DNA of 64,000 nucleotides, from positions 2 through 64,001 of the forward strand of contig JAQVCR010000013.1 of the NCBI GenBank assembly GCA_028689665.1, written 5' to 3'. The position numbers and the translations under genes are program-made. Positions 50,336-59,632 of this stretch are shown here, piece after piece; the first letter of the stretch is position 1; every line of letters begins with the position of its first letter. The stretch is from Muribaculaceae bacterium. GTDB taxonomy: Bacteria; Bacteroidota; Bacteroidia; Bacteroidales; Muribaculaceae. The notes below the pieces were generated by a model, which was given only the letters and a program-made list of their open reading frames with translations, was not told the DNA's origin and ran no database searches.

Positions 50336-50974
50336 ATGAGATCGTTTATTGTTATAGTCCTGTTTACTATCACACTAGGCTCTTTAAATGCTAGAATAAC
50401 AAATACTTTGTTTTCTACCGATAGTGCAAAAGTTTTTTCACTTCTTTCTCCCGATGCTCGCTTTGATATCATTGAATATTACAAAGCCGATAGCATAATA
50501 AATATGGATAATAGACTGGGTGGACAAAGCAAGCTTATTAAAGTTGCCGACGATTTTCTAGCTATAAAGATGACCGACGTTTCTACTATCGAAATGTGGA
50601 TAAGCGACACTACCGAAATGAAATCTGACGTAGTGGTTGTGAATAAGACATTACTCACTCCTGTCCCCGATGGCAGCTTATCATTTTTCAATAACGATTG
50701 GAAAGAGCTTGATAGCAAAAAGTATATTCAACCAATAACGATAGCCGACTTTATTCGTATCCCTAAAGATAGCAAAAAGAAAATCAATGATATTGTCGAT
50801 CTCATTGATTTACCCTTTATTTCTTTCTCAATAAGCCCTGACAATGGTGATATTATTGCCAGCCAAAACCTTGAGAAATATCTCAGCAAAGAGGATTACG
50901 CTAAATTAAAGCCATTTTTAATCGATTCTATTAAATTAAAATGGACGGGGAAGAAATATAAAAAAGAGAAATAA
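50336..50974 (+). CDS. secreted hypothetical protein (possibly DUF3256)
   Basis: Has a signal peptide. The family call is weak. Confidence 0.4.
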   Translation: MRSFIVIVLFTITLGSLNARITNTLFSTDSAKVFSLLSPDARFDIIEYYKADSIINMDNRLGGQSKLIKVADDFLAIKMTDVSTIEMWISDTTEMKSDVVVVNKTLLTPVPDGSLSFFNNDWKELDSKKYIQPITIADFIRIPKDSKKKINDIVDLIDLPFISFSISPDNGDIIASQNLEKYLSKEDYAKLKPFLIDSIKLKWTGKKYKKEK

Positions 50975-51013
50975 TTAGATTAGCTAATGCGCTAATAAAT
51001 TATTACAATATAA

Positions 51014-51057
51014 TCAGTGATATTTAGAAACATAATCTACATATCACTGTTTTTTTT
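51014..51057 (+). terminator. intrinsic terminator (cagtgatat / atatcactg followed by T9)
   Basis: Read directly from the sequence. Confidence 0.75.
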
Positions 51058-51103
51058 TGCATCAAAAATAGAATATACAATTTTTTTTTGCAATTTTGTA
51101 TTT

Positions 51104-52543
51104 ATGAAAAGATTAATAGCCTTTATAATTGCAATAATACCAATTTCTAATATTTTGGCAGTCGACTTTCAATCTAGTGTAAACAAGTTTGTTGTCGACT
51201 CAAATCTCATCTATGCATCGGTTGGAATTAGTATTTTCGATATAGCAAAAAATTATGAAATGGCGGGATTTAATTCCTACACAGCCACCATTCCTGCGTC
51301 GACAATGAAAAGCGTTACTTGTGCCACTGCATTAGCTCTGCTTGGCGAAGATTATACTTACACTACCAAAGTTAATCTAATCGGAATAATATCGAGCAAT
51401 AACACATTTAAAGGAACTATATTAATAACACCTTCTGGCGATCCAACTTTAGGTTCTCGCCATTTCAACGATTCTCTTCAATTCATATCCGAGATTTTGC
51501 AAGAGCTGAAAAATAGAGGGATAAAATCTATTAAAGGAAATATAGAGATAGAACAAAATCAAGGCGATGCTCTTGCCTACTGTCCCGACTGGACTATTGA
51601 AGATGCTGCGTGGGATTATGGAGCCGGAGCTTTCATTTTCAACTACCACGATAATTATTACACTCTTCCATTCAGCATATCCAATGGTGATACTAAGACA
51701 GAAAATGTGAATAAGAATGTAAATGCAACAATCATAAACAGTATTAATTACACTAGTAGAAGCTCACTAGCAAGCTACAGCCCCACAATGATTCGTAAAG
51801 ACCTAAAGTCGGACAATATCACGCTGTGTGGAGTAATGGATAAAAACGTAAGGCGAAAATATGCATATACCTGCGCAATTGCGTCTCCTTCACAATATTT
51901 TATCAAAGAGCTAAAAGACTCGTTGATAACCAACAAAATTGAATATTCAGAGGCAAAGTATCAATACACCGATACTACTGAGCTACTTACTCACCACTCA
52001 CCTAAACTAATCGATATAGCAAAGTCGGCAATGTGGCGTAGTGATAATATGTTTACCGATACTTTTTTACGCACTATCGCAAAAGAAAAATTCGGTATCT
52101 GGGATCCATACATTGCAATTAAAATCATAAAGGATTTCTGGAAAAATGAAGGACTCGACACACGCCAACTATTTATGAAAGACGGCTGCGGACTCGCACG
52201 TAACAATAAAGTTACCGCAAATTTCTTATCGCAAATGCTCGTTACTTTGTATAACCGAAAATATAATATTAATAGCGAATTTTATAATATAATGCCTAAA
52301 GCCGGAAACGATGGCTCGGTAAAATCGCTATTAAAAGGCACTCAATATGCCGGCAGAATATGCCTGAAATCGGGCAGTATGAGCGATGTGCAATGCTACT
52401 CAGGCTATTTCCCTGCCGAGAATCCTAAGTATGCGATTACAATATTAGTTAATAATTTTATTGGCTCGCGATCAACATTGCAAAAGAATATAGAGGAACT
52501 AATTATTAACATTATCGATAAAACCGACAAAGAAAATCAATAA
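51104..52543 (+). CDS. dacB: D-alanyl-D-alanine carboxypeptidase/endopeptidase (PBP4, peptidase S13)
   Basis: The start is moved to MKRLIAF. ASTMKS (SxxK) and KSGS (KTG-like) motifs are present. Confidence 0.75.
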   Translation: MKRLIAFIIAIIPISNILAVDFQSSVNKFVVDSNLIYASVGISIFDIAKNYEMAGFNSYTATIPASTMKSVTCATALALLGEDYTYTTKVNLIGIISSNNTFKGTILITPSGDPTLGSRHFNDSLQFISEILQELKNRGIKSIKGNIEIEQNQGDALAYCPDWTIEDAAWDYGAGAFIFNYHDNYYTLPFSISNGDTKTENVNKNVNATIINSINYTSRSSLASYSPTMIRKDLKSDNITLCGVMDKNVRRKYAYTCAIASPSQYFIKELKDSLITNKIEYSEAKYQYTDTTELLTHHSPKLIDIAKSAMWRSDNMFTDTFLRTIAKEKFGIWDPYIAIKIIKDFWKNEGLDTRQLFMKDGCGLARNNKVTANFLSQMLVTLYNRKYNINSEFYNIMPKAGNDGSVKSLLKGTQYAGRICLKSGSMSDVQCYSGYFPAENPKYAITILVNNFIGSRSTLQKNIEELIINIIDKTDKENQ

Positions 52544-52605
52544 ATTTAATATCATAAATAATGCAAAGATTAGTTCTTTATTAGTGATATATCAAATTAA
52601 ATTAA

Positions 52606-52613
52606 TACGTTTG
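52606..52613 (+). promoter_or_regulatory. -7 box TACGTTTG
   Basis: Lies 36 nt upstream of the ATG at 52650. Confidence 0.5.
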
Positions 52614-52649
52614 TATCGTTGATTTTAATAAATTTACAACATTAACATT

Positions 52650-53465
52650 ATGAATCAGCAAATAAAAGACCTTTTAGCACAGGTTTACGAATTAGAAGGA
52701 TTACTTCTTTTAGTTGAAAATCACGGTGATAACACCGGGAGTCTCGTCTATAAACTGATACAAAAGAAGGGTGCCGAGATTGCCTTGCTCTCTCAGAAAG
52801 TAGACAATGAGCTATTCAACAAACCGGAATCAACAATAAATCAGCAAGAAGTAAGCGAAAATTTAGAAACAGATGAAATTAGAAATAACGACTTTGAAAT
52901 GCTGGGAGCCGACTCTTGTTGCGACTGCGATAACAATGATGAAAATCAAGAAAGTCCGGAGGAAGTATACGACGAAGTAATAATTGAAAACAATGACAAT
53001 CTAACAGCCGAAGAAATAACTAACGACGACACAATTGACATTGAACCAATCGCCGACATTGAACCAGCACTAGATGACTCCGAAATAAATTCCGACGACA
53101 TTAAATCTGAAGACAACTTAAATGATACAATAATAAATGCTGAAGAAGAATCATTAATCGTTGATAACGATGATGATATTATCGAAGAGGACGACGAAGA
53201 AAATGAGCCTATTCGACTTGATGAAATTCTACAACGCGAATTGTCGAAGAATCTCAAGAAAGCATTTACTCTTAACGACCGTTTTCGCTATCGTCGCGAA
53301 TTATTCGAGAACAGCGACGTACAGATGACTAATACGCTAAATTTAGTCGAAACCATGGACTCTTTCTCCGAAGCCGAAGATTATTTCTACAACGACCTTG
53401 AATGGGACAAAGAATCATCGGAAGTGAAAGACTTTATGGAAATAATTAAAAAACATTTCGCATAA
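52650..53465 (+). CDS. highly acidic (D/E/N-rich) hypothetical protein
   Basis: The central ~130 aa are low-complexity acidic, flanked by structured-looking ends. Confidence 0.5.
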   Translation: MNQQIKDLLAQVYELEGLLLLVENHGDNTGSLVYKLIQKKGAEIALLSQKVDNELFNKPESTINQQEVSENLETDEIRNNDFEMLGADSCCDCDNNDENQESPEEVYDEVIIENNDNLTAEEITNDDTIDIEPIADIEPALDDSEINSDDIKSEDNLNDTIINAEEESLIVDNDDDIIEEDDEENEPIRLDEILQRELSKNLKKAFTLNDRFRYRRELFENSDVQMTNTLNLVETMDSFSEAEDYFYNDLEWDKESSEVKDFMEIIKKHFA

Positions 53466-53474
53466 ATTATAAAA

Positions 53475-54215
53475 ATGAGCGGGAAACTTTATATAGTACC
53501 TACTCCAGTAGGAAATCTTGAGGACATGACTCCTCGTGCCATCTCAACGCTGAGAAATGCTGATATGGTACTTGCCGAAGATACTAGAACCAGTGGGATA
53601 TTGATGAAACATTTCGGTATTGATACTCGTATGGCCAGCCACCATAAATTTAATGAACACGACACCCTCGATGGCTTGATTGCGCGCCTTAATGCCGGCG
53701 AAACCATCGCTCTTATTTCTGATGCCGGTACACCGGCTATTTCAGACCCGGGTTTTATGCTAGTGAGAGAATGTCGTCGCAATAAAATCGAAGTAGAAAC
53801 TCTTCCCGGAGCTACTGCATTCGTTCCTGCTCTTGTTAATTCGGGGCTGCCTTGCGAAAAATTCTGTTTCGAGGGGTTCTTACCTCAAAAGAAAGGAAGA
53901 TCTACTCGACTTAATGAACTTGCAACAGAGCCACGTACTATTATTTTCTATGAGTCGCCAATGCGACTGCTAAAAACTCTAGAGCAATTCTGCGAAACTT
54001 TTGGTAACGACCGAGAAGCTTCGGTGAGTAGAGAAATATCTAAATTGCACAACACTACTCACAATGGTACTCTTAAAGAATTAGTCGATTATTTTGCCGT
54101 TAATGCCCCGCGTGGCGAAATAGTCATTGTTGTAGCCGGTGCTAAAGGCGATGAAAAGCCGGCTAAAATTGATAAATATGCTCATTTCAAAAATAGAAAC
54201 ATTCAAACCAATTAA
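53475..54215 (+). CDS. rsmI: 16S rRNA (cytidine1402-2'-O)-methyltransferase RsmI
   Basis: N-terminal LYIVPTPVGNLEDMT, then AEDTR and DAGTPAISDPG motifs. Confidence 0.85.
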   Translation: MSGKLYIVPTPVGNLEDMTPRAISTLRNADMVLAEDTRTSGILMKHFGIDTRMASHHKFNEHDTLDGLIARLNAGETIALISDAGTPAISDPGFMLVRECRRNKIEVETLPGATAFVPALVNSGLPCEKFCFEGFLPQKKGRSTRLNELATEPRTIIFYESPMRLLKTLEQFCETFGNDREASVSREISKLHNTTHNGTLKELVDYFAVNAPRGEIVIVVAGAKGDEKPAKIDKYAHFKNRNIQTN

Positions 54216-54227
54216 ATTATTATTATT

Positions 54228-55094
54228 ATGAAACAAATTGGAATTATCTCCGCATGTATATGCGCTATAACTATCTCATTATTCTCTTGCAATAATGGGA
54301 AATTAAAAGAAGCTCAAACTGAAAATCAAGAACTTACCGACTCACTTACTACTGCTCTCGCTGCACAAGACAGCCTTATGGCTCTCCTTAATGAAATTAG
54401 CGACGGTATGACACAGATTAACGACATGGAACAAATTATATCCACTACTAATCTTAATAAAGAATCGGTTGACCAAAAAGAGGAAATAAAAAACAATATG
54501 GTGCTTATTGCACAGACTCTTAAAAGCAGACGTGATCGTCTTAATGAACTTGAAAAGAAATTGAAAAATTCGGGAGCTTACACCAGCAAAATTCAAAAAA
54601 CTATTGAATCTCTAAAGGCTCAAATCGAAACTCAAGAAGCATCGATCGGTAAACTTCAAGAGGAGTTGAAAAACGCTAACATTAAGATTGAAGGCTTGAC
54701 TAACGAAGTGAGCACTCTTAATACTACGGTAGAAACTGTATCGTCGGAAAAAGCTGCTGCTCAAGAAGAAGCTACACGCGTAGCCAACGAATTAAATACT
54801 TGCTTCTATGTTATTGGCTCAAACAAAGAGCTTAAAGCTAATAAGATAATCGAAAAGAAATTCTTAGGCAAAACTAAAGTCTTAGAAGGCGACTTTGAAC
54901 GTTCTTATTTCACTAAAGCCGACAAACGCTCGCTTAACGAATTAGCTTTACACTCTAAGAAAGCTAAATTACTTTCTAAACACCCTGCCGGTTCTTACGA
55001 AATAATAGATAATAGTGGCGCAAAATCTTTGAAGATTACTAACCCTACAAAATTCTGGGAACTTTCTAATTACCTAATTATTGAAATTGACTAA
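54228..55094 (+). CDS. coiled-coil lipoprotein of unknown function
   Basis: Lipobox LFSCNN and a long heptad-like Q/E/L-rich region. Confidence 0.5.
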   Translation: MKQIGIISACICAITISLFSCNNGKLKEAQTENQELTDSLTTALAAQDSLMALLNEISDGMTQINDMEQIISTTNLNKESVDQKEEIKNNMVLIAQTLKSRRDRLNELEKKLKNSGAYTSKIQKTIESLKAQIETQEASIGKLQEELKNANIKIEGLTNEVSTLNTTVETVSSEKAAAQEEATRVANELNTCFYVIGSNKELKANKIIEKKFLGKTKVLEGDFERSYFTKADKRSLNELALHSKKAKLLSKHPAGSYEIIDNSGAKSLKITNPTKFWELSNYLIIEID

Positions 55095-55114
55095 TCGATA
55101 TAAGTAATACACTT

Positions 55115-55151
55115 AATGCCACTCAAAAACGATATTTGAGTGGCATTTTTT
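55115..55151 (+). terminator. intrinsic terminator (aatgccactcaaa / tttgagtggcatt followed by T-run)
   Basis: A 13-bp perfect stem. Confidence 0.8.
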
Positions 55152-55181
55152 ATTTCTGACAATATATACAAATAAATGTAT

Positions 55182-55200
55182 TATATTTGTATTATATTTG
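55182..55200 (+). promoter_or_regulatory. two -7 boxes TATATTTG in an 11-nt direct repeat (tattatatttg x2)
   Basis: Both match TAnnTTTG and lie 25-36 nt upstream of the ATG at 55226. Confidence 0.5.
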
Positions 55201-55225
55201 TATGTTATTATTTAATCAACTTGCC

Positions 55226-57637
55226 ATGAAGAGAATTACTAAATTTGGCTTATGTATATATGCCATCTTATTTGCAGTTTCTGCATCAGCCGAAATACCT
55301 CAAGGATATTATAATAATGCAGAAGGAACAAAACGCGAAAAACTCAAATCGGCGCTATGTAAAATAATAAAACCTTCCAAAGTATTAAAATATGGAGGTA
55401 AAAGTGAAGGCTACACTTGGGAAGGCTTTACAAAAACCGACGTCGCCGAAAACGGAAGTGTACTCGACAGATATTCTAATGAAATTCGCCGTTTTAATGG
55501 AATTAACGCTGTTTCGGGTATGCACATCGAGCATAGCTTTGCTAATAGTTGGTGGGGCGGCATTAATAACGATGCCTACAAAGACTTACACCACCTTTAT
55601 CCTGCCGACGCATCGGCTAACATGAGCAAAAGCAACCACCCTATCGGTATAGTTACCGAACCCGGAGGATTTGATAATGGCGTTACAAAAACCGGACTGT
55701 CTAATTGTTTCCGTGCCGACACTCTAATCAAAGTGTGGGAACCTGCCGATATATATAAAGGCGATTTCGCTAGAACTTATATGTATATGGCTACTTGCTA
55801 CGAAGATTACACCAAACTTTGGACTTCTAACGACGGACTGCTTATGATTGAAAAAGACACATATCCACTACTTCGTCCGTGGGTGGTCGATCTCCTTATT
55901 CAGTGGAATCGTCAAGACCCAGTGAGCGTACTCGAGCAACAACGAAATGAAAATGTATATGCTATTCAAGGAAACAGAAATCCGTTTATCGACTATCCTC
56001 AACTTGCCGAATATATTTGGGGTGATAAAACCGACTCTTACTTCTATACCGAGGTAAGCTCCGACTCAAAGCTTTACATCCCTTCAGACAATAGCACATT
56101 AGATTTTGGACTTCAAGCATTAAGCCTCGGAGCAAAAAAAGAATTAAACATTCGCGGAATTAATCTTACCGAAAACCTCACAATATCTATATCTAACAAC
56201 AACTTCACAATCGACAAGACTATTCTTACTCCGGATGAAGTGAAATCAGGAAGAATTATTAATATTAGCTCTAAACCGGCTTCTGCCGGCGCTATAAATG
56301 CCATAATAACATTATCATCCGGCGCTATCTCTAATAAAGTTTATATAACTGCCGAATTTATTGACGGTCTTCCTGCATTTGAAGCTACCGAAATATCTTG
56401 CGCAAATTTCTCGAAAAGTTTTGTGGCAAGCTGGTTGCCCATTCCCGGAGAGACTCAATATTCTCTCGATGTGTACACTAAAAAAGGCGAAACAAAGACT
56501 AGCATCGCAGGCTACCCTAAAACAATTAAAGATACCTCAGCAAAAGTTACAGTAACCGAAGCCGAAACTACATATTATTACACAGTAAGCTCCTCTACCC
56601 TTACTTCTAACGAAATAACTGTGTTGATGCCCTCAGTTCCTCCCGTATTTTCTGTAAATCGTAACGATGCCCAATTTTTCTCTCGTCCCGGTTTAGTCTC
56701 ATTTCCTCAAATAATAACGATGGAAACTAGCGGCTTATCTTCCGACGTGTATGAAATTGTGGCAGAATCACCTTTTGAATTAAGCAACGATGAGACAGTG
56801 TGGAGCGACAAACTCACAATAACAGGCAAAAATCAATCCTTCTTTATTCGATTAGGAAAGATAGCCAACGAAGGAACTTGTGAAGGCGAAGCTATCATTT
56901 CTGCACCGGGCGCCGAAGATGTGATTATTAATCTAAAAGCCGACGTAAGCTATCAACGTGCATTCTTTGAAAACTTTGAAATAGGCACGAAATCATCTTA
57001 TGCTCTAAAAAATGTGAAATGCACATCTGCCGAATGGGCAATGAATAACGCATTAATAGGAAGCATCGCCAACGATAAAAGAAATAATGAGAAGAGTGCA
57101 AGAATTAAAGGCGAAGGAAGTATATACACAGTCAATGCTAACGCCGATGGTTTAGGCAAAATTTCTTTCTATGCCGGCTCCTATGGAACCGACTCGGGAA
57201 TGTCGCTGAAACTAGAATACAGCATCGACAACGGCATAACATGGACACCTATCATAAGCGAATTACCTCTAGCAACCAAAAAATGGAAAAAATATGAATA
57301 CGAGCCTCGCATCGATGGCTACGTAATGCTTAAATTCACAGCCATAGGCAGCGCAAGTAAACGCGTAAATGTAGACGATATTCAATATATGGACTACAAG
57401 ACTATATCAAGCGCAGAGGCAACAGTAGCCGACAACAAATCGACTGTTACAGCAACAGGCTCAACAATAGCCATTACAACCTCCGAAGATGCCACTGCTA
57501 CAATTTTCGACTCTAAAGGGACAACCATTATGACCCGAAATATAAAAGCAGGCAAATCCACAATCAACTGCAACACACCTCCGGGCTGTTACATTGTAAA
57601 ATTAGGCAACGACACTCACAAATTAATACTAAAATAA
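55226..57637 (+). CDS. secreted endonuclease I family nuclease, paralog of 5961-8342, with T9SS C-terminal sorting domain
   Basis: The start is moved to MKRITKFGLCIYAILFAVSASA. Carries HIEHSFANSWWGG and HHLYPADASANMSKSNHPIG, and the tail CYIVKLGNDTHKLILK. Confidence 0.8.
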   Translation: MKRITKFGLCIYAILFAVSASAEIPQGYYNNAEGTKREKLKSALCKIIKPSKVLKYGGKSEGYTWEGFTKTDVAENGSVLDRYSNEIRRFNGINAVSGMHIEHSFANSWWGGINNDAYKDLHHLYPADASANMSKSNHPIGIVTEPGGFDNGVTKTGLSNCFRADTLIKVWEPADIYKGDFARTYMYMATCYEDYTKLWTSNDGLLMIEKDTYPLLRPWVVDLLIQWNRQDPVSVLEQQRNENVYAIQGNRNPFIDYPQLAEYIWGDKTDSYFYTEVSSDSKLYIPSDNSTLDFGLQALSLGAKKELNIRGINLTENLTISISNNNFTIDKTILTPDEVKSGRIINISSKPASAGAINAIITLSSGAISNKVYITAEFIDGLPAFEATEISCANFSKSFVASWLPIPGETQYSLDVYTKKGETKTSIAGYPKTIKDTSAKVTVTEAETTYYYTVSSSTLTSNEITVLMPSVPPVFSVNRNDAQFFSRPGLVSFPQIITMETSGLSSDVYEIVAESPFELSNDETVWSDKLTITGKNQSFFIRLGKIANEGTCEGEAIISAPGAEDVIINLKADVSYQRAFFENFEIGTKSSYALKNVKCTSAEWAMNNALIGSIANDKRNNEKSARIKGEGSIYTVNANADGLGKISFYAGSYGTDSGMSLKLEYSIDNGITWTPIISELPLATKKWKKYEYEPRIDGYVMLKFTAIGSASKRVNVDDIQYMDYKTISSAEATVADNKSTVTATGSTIAITTSEDATATIFDSKGTTIMTRNIKAGKSTINCNTPPGCYIVKLGNDTHKLILK

Positions 57638-57638
57638 A

Positions 57639-57684
57639 TAAGTTAAGCATGCGGTTCAATAAAATGAGCCGCATGCTTAACTTA
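57639..57684. terminator. 16-bp perfect hairpin between convergent genes (taagttaagcatgcgg / ccgcatgcttaactta)
   Basis: Read directly from the sequence. Confidence 0.75.
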
Positions 57685-57745
57685 TAATAAGCCTCTAAAT
57701 CAAAAGGCTATAAACTAGTCAAAGACGAATAATCGATGGGGTGAG

Positions 57746-59596
57746 CTACTCCTCTTTTTTTATTACAAAATTATATAAGTTATCAATATTGTCGTAATCA
57801 TATTCTCTAAATTTATCATTAAAACACTCTTCCACTTTAGGTAATCCGTTCCAATCGACAAGACAACTATGAAGTTTCTTTTGTTCATCTTTCCTTACAT
57901 TTCCTAATTCCTTTGATGATTCGATTGAAAGAGTTTGCCACCCTCTTACAAAGTGAAAAGCATTCCATCTGAGATGCTCTGTAACAGCCAAATTTGTGCG
58001 TAATGTGGGATTACCCTTGATAAAGCTTTTATATCCGGCTTCTCCCAAGTCTTTAACTTTCGCTTCATCAAGTCCCATAAGTTTTAGTTTTGTAAAAATA
58101 TGTGTTGCAGTAGCAATGTTTGACAATCGAATATGATAACTCATTCTTTGATATTGTTGCCCCTTGCTCTTATTATAGGAGTTATTAATCATAAATGCTT
58201 GTTGATGAAGTTTCTTGTCAGCCAGATTTTCATAAGAGAATATAGAATATTCCTGCCCAATAAGAATAATGTCGTTTAAATTATTTACCGAAATATTTGA
58301 AATGGCATCTTCATCTTTTATGGCGGCAAATATCTGAATTTTGCTATCTCCTCGTTGCTTCAATAGCGAATTTATATTCATTGCAGTCTTTATGGTGTCT
58401 TCATCAGATTGAAGTGCAATGAATATCTGTTTCACGGAGCCTCCTATAGTTTCTATTAAACGGTAAAATTTTGAAGACCCGATGGCATAACTATATTGCC
58501 CCGATATATCATAGCTATCGGATATGGCAGGATTCAATGCAGTAAAACTCCCAATCAAATTATCAATATTTTCATCAATAATATGTGCCTTAAAGTGTGA
58601 GCCTACAAATTGACCATATTCTATCACATTCCTAAGTATGGCATTCCCGTAATTACCAAATCCAATTATTGCCACTTCATAGTCGGTCTCGGCACACCCA
58701 TTATGATCAAATTTCATTCCGGGCGATGAAACGGGAGGATATTTCATTATCAAATCTTTAGCAACAATGCTTGCATCATCGAAGATATACAGCTTAATAT
58801 TATCATCAAGGGTCGTATACCTCTCTATAACAACAGGATAGAGCATATCACTGTGTAATCTGATATATATATTTAAGTCTAAAGCATTTAAGCCGATGTC
58901 GGTAATCCGTTTGATAGTCAAATCTACTCTTTTTATATTATCATATTCTACATTCGACAGAAAATAGAGCGTCGTTTTATTCTTTACCAACACACGCCTT
59001 ATCAACTTCTCTCGATATGCTTTATATGGCGACTCTCTCGCTATAATTATGGCATCCGACAGTAGTGTGCCTTTTAAGCGTTGTAATAAGTCGAGATAGC
59101 AATTATTAATCATAAATACTATCACTGATTTCTTATCTTTTTCTTTTATGTCATTCGCTAGTGTTATACTTGCAGTGTTATCGTCAAAAAATAAGTAATA
59201 ATTCTTATCAGCTCTGCCAAATAGTATTCGCATAAGATTTACCAATCGTGTCCCAAATAATGATAGTGTTATTGATATCACTAATAAAAGTGCGGCAATA
59301 TGAGTAATCGCAAATGCAACAAGCATATACGTATTGTCATAATAATCTTTTATCATTTCGTAATCAGGAAGCAGAATTAGCGACCGAGCTGTAGACATGG
59401 CAGCGTGTAACGAAGAATAAAAGAATGGTTCAGACCTATCAACATAGGCAATGAAATATACCATGAAACCGCCTCCGATTGCTACTATCGACAGTATATT
59501 TCGCAGCTCTCTATAATGGCTTTTGTTTTTAATTATTATTGCACAGAATAATAATATCACAAATAAAAAACTTATAAGATTGATTAATGTTATCAT
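57746..59596 (-). CDS. membrane protein: 3 N-terminal TM helices, two Rossmann-like modules, C-terminal RyR-like domain
   Basis: GFGNYG (GxGxxG) motif. The C-terminus LAVTEHLRWNAFHFVRGW...KKLHSCLVDWNGLP resembles the RyR-domain (PF02026) pattern E-H-x-W...GW...K-x-H-P-x-L-V-P-[YW]. Confidence 0.55.
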   Translation of the reverse strand: MITLINLISFLFVILLFCAIIIKNKSHYRELRNILSIVAIGGGFMVYFIAYVDRSEPFFYSSLHAAMSTARSLILLPDYEMIKDYYDNTYMLVAFAITHIAALLLVISITLSLFGTRLVNLMRILFGRADKNYYLFFDDNTASITLANDIKEKDKKSVIVFMINNCYLDLLQRLKGTLLSDAIIIARESPYKAYREKLIRRVLVKNKTTLYFLSNVEYDNIKRVDLTIKRITDIGLNALDLNIYIRLHSDMLYPVVIERYTTLDDNIKLYIFDDASIVAKDLIMKYPPVSSPGMKFDHNGCAETDYEVAIIGFGNYGNAILRNVIEYGQFVGSHFKAHIIDENIDNLIGSFTALNPAISDSYDISGQYSYAIGSSKFYRLIETIGGSVKQIFIALQSDEDTIKTAMNINSLLKQRGDSKIQIFAAIKDEDAISNISVNNLNDIILIGQEYSIFSYENLADKKLHQQAFMINNSYNKSKGQQYQRMSYHIRLSNIATATHIFTKLKLMGLDEAKVKDLGEAGYKSFIKGNPTLRTNLAVTEHLRWNAFHFVRGWQTLSIESSKELGNVRKDEQKKLHSCLVDWNGLPKVEECFNDKFREYDYDNIDNLYNFVIKKEE

Positions 59597-59632
59597 TATA
59601 TTTTAATATATTAGAATTCGACCATAATGTGA

